DNA of 63,143 nucleotides, the filler included, from Reclinomonas americana ATCC 50394 (lineage: Eukaryota): the NCBI GenBank assembly GCA_048213135.1. It is 11 parts of 7 records of this genome, joined end to end, with 100 filler letters (N's around TTAATTAATTAA, not from the genome) between each part and the next. Parts side by side here need not be neighbours in the genome. Positions count along the whole stretch, not along the records: positions 47,978 to 56,498 come from PS015785.1; positions 56,599 to 58,320 come from PS015785.1; positions 58,421 to 63,143 come from PS015785.1; 8 more parts are not named here. One strand, written 5' to 3'. Below the pieces are notes generated by a model. It did not search any database. It saw only the letters and a list, made by a program, of their open reading frames with translations, and had not been told where the DNA came from. This document shows positions 54,843 through 63,143 of the stretch, one piece after another (the first letter of the stretch is position 1; each line of letters starts with the position of its first letter). The translations under genes were made by a program, and so were the position numbers.

Positions 54843-56055
54843 ATGCTGTCACTTCTCGTGCGCCGGCGCTGTTTCGCCTCTGCGCCTCCGCCTCTGGCCA
54901 GCTTATGTGTTGCGTTGTTGGTGATCAGAGAACAAGAGACGCAAAAAGAAGGCGACTGATGATGTGTGTGCACTGCAGACGTCGAGTGGCTTGCATTTCC
55001 TGGAGGTCGCTGGCACCAGTCCGCGCGCCACGGAGCACCCTCCGCTACTCGTGCTGCACGGTCTCCTCGGGAATGCACAGAACTGGTGCGTCCACATAGT
55101 CGACTATGATGCATCGTTGTGTCAGCAGCTGATCGCTTGTGTGTGTGCTTGCAGGAGTACGGTGATTGCACGCTCGTGTGTGTCGGCGAAGGATGAAACT
55201 GACGGAAACTGACTGTTGTTCTTGTTCTGCGTGTGAGGTGGTGCGACGATACGATGTGGCGGCCGGTCGTAGAGCGCTTCTGATCGATCTGGTGAGTCGT
55301 GCACGCACTGATGCAGTTGCGTGTGTTGGCTGACTGCGAGCGGGCGAGCGACAGCGCAACCACGGCAAGAGTCTGCGAGCAGAGACCATGTCGTACGTAG
55401 AAATGGCACAAGACATTCTGTTGCGTGTCGGCGTGGGTGGGTAAGACACGATTGCGAGGCTCACCGTGATCGTGCAGAACGTTCATGGACGAGCGTGGCT
55501 TGCCGGAGGCCGCCATTCTTGGTCACTCGTTGCGTGTACGCCTTGCATCTGTGCGCTCTGCGTGGAGCTGACCGACGGGCGCAGCATGGGAGGCAAGGTG
55601 GCGATGCAAGTGGCGCTGGAGGCACCCGAACGGGTCAGTCGCTGTCGCGGATTGAGAACGAGTGGGAAGCCGTCGTTGTGTGGTGACAGTTGTTGTTGTT
55701 GTTGTTGTTGTTGTTGTGCAGGTGTCTCGCTTGATTGTGGGTGATATTGCGCCGATGAACTACACGGCGCACGCCTCGTGGACGATCCCGCGGATCATTT
55801 CGGCCATGGAGCACATGGATCTGCGTCGCATACGCAACAGAGCGCAGGCGGAGGAGTACCTCGTGCGTGCACACATTACGGTGCGTTGGTGGGGCAGCGA
55901 GGAGCAGACGAGGCGGTGGGATCGATGCTAACGTGTGTGTCACCACTGGCCAGGACGCCCGCGTGAGGCAGTTTATCATCACCAACCTGGTGAGTGTCGA
56001 CAGCGCTGTGGACCCCGCTCAGCCGGTGTACGAGTGGCGCGTGAATCTGCCAGTG
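54843..56055 (+). CDS. ABHD11: Alpha/beta hydrolase ABHD11/YbfF-like (3' partial)
   Basis: PPLLVLHGLLGNAQNW, IDL|RNHGKS, MSYVEMAQDI, GHS|MGGKVAM nucleophile motif, DIAP, VRQFIITNL, WRVNL; mitochondrial-type N-terminus. Confidence 0.9.
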
Positions 56056-56498
56056 GTTGCGTTGGAAGGAGGGGAAGGGAATGGGAAAGGGAGAGGAGAG
56101 GGAGAAGGGAGAGGGAGAAGGGAGAGGGAAAGGCGGGGAAAGAGAACGAGAGAGGGCAACAGAGGGTGATGGAGAGGGAGAAGACGACTTGTGGAAGGAA
56201 ATCGGAAAGGAGGAACGAGAGAGAGGAGGGGGGGGGCGGCTGTAAGGGAAGGGAGAGGACGGCATGTGAGAAGGAGAGAAGGGAAAGGAGGGAAGAGAAA
56301 ATGGAAACGAGAGAGGGGGAGTGTAAGAGGAAGGCATGTGAGAGAAGAGGAAAAGGAAATGAAAGAGTGACTGAGAAAAGGCGAGTGTCAGGGAAGGAGA
56401 AGGCACGCACGATGAGATGAGAAAGGAGGGAAGAGGAAACGAGACAGAGAGCGCGAATGTACAAGGAGAAGACGGCGTGTGAAAGAAATGGGAGAAGT
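56056..56498. repeat. Purine-rich (GA) low-complexity tract, intronic
   Basis: Almost entirely G/A on the plus strand, following the donor at 56056. Confidence 0.8.
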
Positions 56499-56670
56499 NN
56501 NNNNNNNNNNNNNNNNNNNNNNNNNNNNNNNNNNNNNNNNNNTTAATTAATTAANNNNNNNNNNNNNNNNNNNNNNNNNNNNNNNNNNNNNNNNNNNNCA
56601 CAGGGAAAGGGAGGGCCAGGATGCGGTAAGAGAGATATACAGAGGAAGACACGACGGTGGAGTACGACGC

Positions 56671-56819
56671 ACCAACTGCATGGATCGCAGGAACAAGTCG
56701 ACCAAACTGTAATCCAAGTAAAACATGTAGATGATTTCGACGGCCAGCAGCCGGACGAGCAGCGTGAGCACGCGACGCGCCACTTCAGATGCGTCGCCAC
56801 CACGTACTGCGCCGTCCAT
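56671..56819 (-). CDS. First exon of a membrane protein, possibly DUF1746/Dsc4-like
   Basis: MDGAVRGG...LLAVEIIYMFYLDYSLVDLFLRSMQ followed by a donor; the resemblance (YxDxSxxxxxxR) is from memory only. Confidence 0.3.
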
Positions 56820-56919
56820 GATGTCTGCACGAGACGGTGCATAAGGGAAAGAGAGGGAGAGGGACAAAGAGAGGGAGAGAGAGGAAGAAAGAGAGGGAGA
56901 CGAAAAGGCTTGTAACAGA

Positions 56920-57430
56920 CGCGAGACAAGCTGACGATACATGATGAACGAAGAGAAGTATTGCTAGTGACCCAAGGAGAAGCACGACCAGCAGGTCAAG
57001 CTCACCACGACAAGTGGCAGGTCAGAACACGAGAAAAGACGATGAGGCCCAGCAAGCAAGACACAGGCGCGAGACAAGCTGATGAAAACGAACAGAAGCA
57101 TAGCCAGACACCCAAGGAGAAGCACAACCAGATGATGAAGCGAAGCACGGCAAGAGGCCGCTACGAACACGAGAAAAGCTGCCCAACGCGAGACAAGTTC
57201 ACGAACAACGAAGAGAAGCATAGCCAGTGACCCAAGGAGAAGCGAGACCAGCTGGTGAAGCTCAGCTCGACAGGATGCCGGCCACAAACACGAGAAAAGC
57301 TGACAAATCCCAATGCGATACACAGATTGAAGACAAGTTGACGATATGATGAACAAAGAGAAGCATAGCCAGTGACCCAAGGAGAATCACAACCAGCTGA
57401 TGAAGCTCAGCACGGCAAGTGGCTAGCAGC
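56920..57430. repeat. Degenerate tandem repeat, 4 units of 120-145 bp
   Basis: Core CCCAAGGAGA at 56971, 57111, 57231 and 57376, with shared AGACAAG, GAAGCATAGCCAG and AACACGAGAAAAG blocks. Confidence 0.85.
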
Positions 57431-57828
57431 AGATGCAAAGAAGCTGAAGAACAGCCAGCAACGCGAGAAGCTTCGCCAGTGTCACAGTGAGCAGTCAGTC
57501 GAGAACGACACAAGACAGGCAGATCCCATCCTCCCACATCTCTCCCCATCACACACACACACCATGCTCGTCGACCACAGGCGCCACCAATCTCCCATCG
57601 CCACTGCCCCCATACCCCTCCTCATCCTCATCATCATCATCATCAATGACGAGCATGGCATTCTCATCGCCTTCTCCATCATCACCGTGTAACCTCGCCG
57701 CAGCCATTGCCCACACACACACACAACACACACAAAACGAAAGTGCGATAAGAGCAAACGCGACAATCACACTCGCGCGCGCGTCTGTCTCTCTCTCTCT
57801 CTCTTCTGTTCGTTCTTTTATAGAGAAG

Positions 57829-58320
57829 ATGGCGAGTGTGTCGTCGTCGGGTGGCTCATCGCCGAGTGTGCGCATGAAGTTTGTGCTGTTGGGCATGGAG
57901 GGAGTCGGCAAGAGCTCTCTTGCGCAGCGGTTTTGTCAGGGAACGTTTGATGCGTACACAGAGAGCACACCGGGAGGTGAGTCACACTTGAATGCGCGAG
58001 ACACACACACTCACAGAGAGAGAGAGCAAGAGAGTGGCAGAAAGCAGAGAGAGAAGATGGTGATTGCACGTGTCATTGATTGATTTGTTCCTCGGTCTCT
58101 TTCTCTCTGTTTGCTGTGTGTCTCTCACACATGCACGCACACTCTGCGCGCTTTGTTGCTGTTAGGCGCCTTTATGACCAAGGACATTGTGGTGGAAGAC
58201 ACGCCAGTCAAGTTTGAAATCTGGGACACTGGTCAGTCTCTCATCTGCATGATACTGCTCACCCCAGTCACCCCACTCACTCTCCGTCTCTCTCTGTGAC
58301 TCTCCATGTGCGCAGCCGGT
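57829..58320 (+). CDS. Rab5-family small GTPase (3' partial)
   Basis: KFVLLGMEGVGKSSLAQRF, ESTPG|GAFMTK, VKFEIWDT|AG. Confidence 0.85.
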
Positions 58321-58449
58321 NNNNNNNNNNNNNNNNNNNNNNNNNNNNNNNNNNNNNNNNNNNNTTAATTAATTAANNNNNNNNNNNNNNNNNNNNNNNN
58401 NNNNNNNNNNNNNNNNNNNNTCATATTGCACACATTGCACAGAGAAGAG

Positions 58450-59764
58450 ATGACAGAGGGCCGCCTTGCTGAGATCTTGACCAAGATGGGCCAGTTGCGT
58501 GTCTACACAAAGTGTCGTGTGTGTGTGGGAAAGAGCGCGGACACGCACAAAACAAACGCCTTTTTTCTTTGTGTGACATGGCCTTTGTTGGCCATTCGGT
58601 ATTCTCACTCACTCTCTCTCTCTCTTTGCACGCACAAGCGCACACACGCGTGGTGTGTGCTCGTGTTGATGGTGTGTGTGTGTGCTCACTTCTCGCCAAT
58701 GTGTGTGAGTGCGCGTGTTTGAGGTCTGACGACACTGCCGGAGTTCTGGTGTGGCACTCTCTTTGTGTGTGCATGTGTGTGTGTGTGAGAGAGAGAGAGA
58801 CAAGCACACACACGCAAGAGAGATGAGAGAATGAGAGAGCGCGTGCATGTATCATTCATGTCACTCAGCATACGCATTATCATGTGTATCTGCTCCCTCT
58901 GTGTGCGTATGTGTATGAGAGAGAGAGAGAGAGGCAAGAGACTTACAGAGCGCACTCAACTATCAATCATGTCATCATCATCTTCGTCATCATCATCATC
59001 ATCATGTTTGTCTGACGCACTCTTCTCACTCAGGAACATGCTTGAGCGACCTGGCGCTCGCAAGCTCACGCAAGTCGAGGTCGATGACTTGTGGAAGGTG
59101 CGCGGCTAGTTGGAGCTCTCTCCTCCTCCAGTCGCAATCGAGTTGCTTATGATGATGGTTGTGCGCAGTGCTTCGACAAGGACGGCAACGGCTTCCTCGA
59201 TCTGGAGGAGCTCAAGTTGCGTGCGCGTTCGTTGGCTATTCACACGCGCGTGTGTACTCTCATCCCTACTCTCTCTCTCCCTCCTCCTTTCTCTTCTCTT
59301 CTTCATCTCTATCTCCCTCCCTGCCCTTCGTCTCACGTGTCCGCGTGCTGTGCAGCCAACTGATGGTTGCCATGCTGCGTCGGGGTTACGAGCTGGCCTC
59401 CGAGGTCGAGCGCCAGGACATGATTGCACCCGACGAGCTGGTTTGTGGCGACATGAGTCTCCGCGCGATGTGTGCTTTATGAGTGCTCACAACGACTGCG
59501 TCGTGCTAGGATTACACACTGGTGGCCGACGAGTTCGAGGCCATTGACACGTTTCGTCGCCATGTTTTCGCTCCGTTCGCCCCGCTGAAGTCTCACGCGT
59601 AGCGCTGTGTTTTGTTTGTGTAACAGCAACCACGATGGCAAGATCCAGAAGGAGGTCCGCTTGTTGTAATGCTTCTTTCCCCCCGCCGCCGCCGCATCGT
59701 CTCACTGTGCTTGCTTGTGCAGGAGTTTGATGCCCACATTCACCAGTTCTACAATGCTGAGTAA
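58450..59764 (+). CDS. Small EF-hand calcium-binding protein (7 exons)
   Basis: Spliced EF loops FDKDGNGFLDLEEL and IDT|NHDGKIQKE|EF; stop at 59762-59764. Confidence 0.85.
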
Positions 59765-59996
59765 CAGCGAGGACGGGCGTGTGTTGGAAGGCGAGCTGCA
59801 GCGGAGGCGTGCATGTTGTTGTTGTGGATACGTTAGTGAGACGGTGGTGAACGTTTTGTAGGAGACACGAAAAAAAACAGAAGAGAGAGGGTGAGTAACC
59901 AAAAGAATAATGTACGCGTCGGCACAGCTCTTGTTACATTCTGCGTGATTGGATACGATTTTGGCAGCGCAACTGGGAGATATGAGGAGGGAAAAA

Positions 59997-61135
59997 CTAT
60001 GCATCTAAAAACTTGGCGTAGATACAGAACGGATCGCCGTTGGCGTCGGTGACTAGAATGCACTCGACGCGAACACTGCGAGGGCGTCGGGTGAGCGGAG
60101 AGTTGGTGCGACGGCGAAACCAAAGGACTTTCTCAACGCAACGGATGACGACGTGTTTGTTGATTGCACAACAAATCGGCTGTAACAGTGCAGTGCTTGC
60201 TGGCGCCCGACAGCACCATCGCCAGATATTCCTGCGCACCCAACTGATCAGCACGAAAGTCAGCACGCACAGAGATGCGAAGATCACGAACCCTCCACGG
60301 ATGTGGCATGGTCCCGTTGTCTACCAAGTACGACTCTAGTGGCTGTCGGACCAGCGACTGCCGTGGGACGCCGAGAAGCACGGCCAACGCCTGGTTGGCG
60401 AGGAGGAGTGTCATGTCGCGCGACACAAAGGCCGCGCCGACCGACAGTTGTTGAAAGGAGATGAAGTGAAAGTTGGGCTGCGCGGCAGCACGCAGGTGAG
60501 ACACACACATGCGAGGACTGCAGAGAGTGAAGGATGAGCTGTGGCGCACCTGGCCCTTGGAGGCCGGCTGACCGACCGCCGATGGTACCCGAGAGGCCTG
60601 CCGGATATCGCAAATCACGGCCACAATAAAGAGTGCCTCGCCGGTCTCGTCGCGAGCCTGCACACCGCAACGAAATGAGAATGAAGGATGGATGACGCGC
60701 TCCAAATCTCTTCCGTCTGTGACTTACCGCCGTCATGCGAATGTTGAGTGGTACTGGGTGTCCGTCGCGATGGCGGCCGACAGCATTCAGGTTGAACGCC
60801 TGCAGCTCCCCAATCAACAGCTTGTTGATGAGCTCCTGCAGCGACTGCTTGTTGGTCTCCATTTGCAGAATGGAGCGCGCGCTAAACTCCTCCTTGGGCG
60901 ACCCAAAGACGGCACACAGGGCCTCGTTGACGCGCAGAAACTCGCCCTCCCGCGAGATGATACACATCGGCACCTGCGCCTTTTCAAACGCATTCTCGAA
61001 CCACTCGAGCGGAATGTCCGAGGCGCTCACTGGTGGGCAGCATGCGTGAGGGATGGTGGAGAGGGAAAGGGAAGGAGGGAAAGTCGACGCACAAGGGTAC
61101 GATGATGATGCTGAGCCTGAAGGTCCAGCGCCGAC
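59997..61135 (-). CDS. Tandem PAS-domain protein (5' exons unresolved)
   Basis: WFENAFEKAQVPMCIISREGEFLRVNEALCAVFG...GRHRDGHPVPLNI...RDETGEALFIVAVICDI (PAS/PAC) and a second PAS, GAAFVSRDMTLLLANQAL...VTDANGDPFCIYAKFLDA*. Confidence 0.8.
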
Positions 61136-61537
61136 CTGCACAGGAAGAGGAGAAACACAAGGGGCAATGAGAAGGAAGAGAAGGGCAGTGCCGCTTGTGA
61201 CGCGCTTCTTTCACATGCACATGGATGCCATGCGAGAGAAGAAGGAGAATCGATAAGAAGCGAGGAGTCCCCCTGCCTCGGGCGTGCTATCGATCACCTC
61301 TTCTCACGGGGAGAGAACGAGACAAGATCAACGATCGACGAGATGAGTAGTGCCGCGTCTGACACGCTCTCTCTCCAGGAGCAAAGGCATCGTTTGCACA
61401 AGCAAGAGAGAGAGAGCGAGCAGCAAGATCTTCGATCACAACGAAGTGAGCAATCCCGCCAGCGATGCGCCTCTCTCTCTCCATGAGCAAGGGCATCGGT
61501 TGCGCTGCTGTTCACCTCTTCTCGTGCGTACGAGGAC

Positions 61538-61572
<35 letters not shown>

Positions 61573-62439
61573 AGAGAAAGAGAGAAAGAGAGAAACACGA
61601 TCTTCGATCAGAACGCAGTCAGCACTCCCGCCTGCGACACGCCTCTCACACGCACACGAGACACACACTGATCGATACAAACAACGCCAGACAGAGAGAG
61701 CATCAATCGCAGCACAAGAGGCGATTCTCACTCATCGTGAACCCCTCCTCTCCCTCCTCTCTCTCTCTCCCTCTCCCTCTCTCTCACACACACACAAATC
61801 GAGATGCTCAACATGATGATCGTGCGCCTGCTTGGTCCTCTTGATCGGTGGCGCCGACTCCTCTCCCTCCACATGCACAGGTCGCGCATGCTCTCCATCC
61901 AACAACTCTTCTCTCTCCTCCTCCTCCTCCTCTCTCTCCTCCTCCTCTCCAGAGACACCGTCTTCTTCGTCCTCCGCGCCCGACATGCGAGCGTCTCTCC
62001 TCACACGTGCTACACAAGAAGAGAGTGAGCACACAGACACACACAGAGCAGTGTGTGACTGACCACCGAGAAGAGAGGCCACTGATCCATCGACTGAGAC
62101 CGCAGACGATGATACACTCAGTGGAGTGCCACTGCTGTCCATTCTCTCCACTCAAAAGTCGCTCTTCTCTGTGTGTGTCGCCAATACTCTCGGAGATGGA
62201 TTTGGAAATCAATGAGCCTCCGCGGGAGTAATCAATCGGGGCGAGCGAGCATTAAACCCGAACATGGAGCTCCTTTTCGCGCCCATTCGGAAACGCAGTG
62301 CGTTTTTTTTTCTCTTTGTTGCTCCTCGATTCGGCCGGCTGTTTTTGATACATTTGCGTCCGCGCAGACGTACGTAAAACTCTTCTTACAGTTTGTTTGC
62401 TGGTGAATGTGTTGACATTGCCATCAAGGATGCATGTAT

Positions 62440-62999
62440 TTAGAGGCCCAGCTTCTTCAACTGCTCCGGGCTCAACAGCGCCGTCGGCTCCACGCGCCAG
62501 TAGTTGTACTGGTTGAATTCGCTCTCCACCACGTCCTCCTCGTCGTCCACTGCCGGGAACATTTCGTCGACAAACGTGTGCACTGTGTGGTGTTTTGTTT
62601 GAGACAGTCGACAGAAAGCACACACGAAACATACTCGCAGTCACGCACCATCGCCGTACGACGAGTACTGACGCGCCTTCGACTTGATGTGACCCTTGTG
62701 GTTGATGATGAAGACGCGCTCCAACGCAATACCAATGTTCAGATACGCTCCTTGGTCCTGCGCACACACTCCGTGAGTGAGCGAAGAAAGGAACAAGGAA
62801 GAGGCGCATCAACGCACCGTGTCCTTGTTGCCGAAGCCGGCACAAAATGGATTGTAGCCCGGCGTGAAGAGATTCTTCACATCGTTCAACGCCAGGCTCT
62901 TGAACTCTTCGGACTTTTTGAAGACGACCTCGGCGGCGAGTGCGCGGAAGAGGCGTGCGGGCGACACCAGCAGGGGGCCTTCAGGGAGGCGGTAACCAC
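62440..62999 (-). CDS. PAH1: Lipin / phosphatidate phosphatase (Pah1-like), C-terminal exons
   Basis: LPEGPLLVSP, EVVFKKSEEFK, NPFCAGFGNKDT|D, RVFIINHKG, VDEMFP and FNQYNYWR match the LNS2/C-LIP region. Confidence 0.9.
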
Positions 63000-63143
63000 C
63001 TGGGAGGGAAGCGAGGGGTCAGGGTGGGAGGGAGGGAAGGAGATGGTGAGGGGAGAGAGGGAGAGGGAGAGGAGAGGGGAGAGGGAGAGGGAAAGGAGAG
63101 GGAGGGAGGGAGAGAGAGAGAGAGAGAGAGATAAGTAGGAAGG

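Noticed and set aside
54835..54845. Divergent ATGs only 5 bp apart (RING/TRAF gene and ABHD11)
   Set aside because: The RING-containing frame has its own ATG at 54652, and my splice join from the 54837 ATG enters a different frame.
56920..57430. CRISPR-like look (conserved core with variable gaps)
   Set aside because: Intervening segments are homologous to each other, the cores are degenerate, there are no cas genes, and the context is eukaryotic.
8195..58376. TTAATTAATTAA occurring ten times
   Set aside because: Always embedded in fixed N runs; an artificial six-frame-stop scaffold linker.

Overview
Draft-assembly window, with many N gaps and artificial TTAATTAATTAA linkers, from a GC-rich, intron-dense eukaryote. 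RSPH9, VDAC and cardiolipin synthase point to a flagellated, mitochondriate protist; the species cannot be named from the sequence. Most introns are 60-110 nt. Ordinary genes: ankyrin protein, DEK-C/SWIB protein, VDAC, MetAP2, cardiolipin synthase, eIF2-alpha, LSM12, RSPH9, a Jupiter/HN1-like protein, RecQ helicase, an atypical Ras-like GTPase, ABHD11, a Rab5-like GTPase, an EF-hand protein, a PAS protein and lipin. Three things stand out. (1) In the ORF-poor stretch 52020-53164 the minus strand carries 14 consecutive 3-nt (single-codon) exons, each written YAG|NNN|GT and spaced by 65-101 nt introns. They spell G-E-Y-Y-L-L-D-F-D-D-E-E-W-E inside a Cys/His module of a RING/TRAF-zinc-finger protein, a candidate combinatorial splicing cassette. 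(2) A spliced gene of at least 29 kb encodes a Gly/Thr/Val/Ala/Ser beta-repeat protein of about 8,000 sequenced residues, with 622-aa tandem units and a C-terminal phage-tail-fibre-type peptidase S74 chaperone. (3) More than 20 introns use a register-shifted donor GTTGCG (G at +6 instead of +5). All gene models were built by eye and need RNA-seq confirmation.
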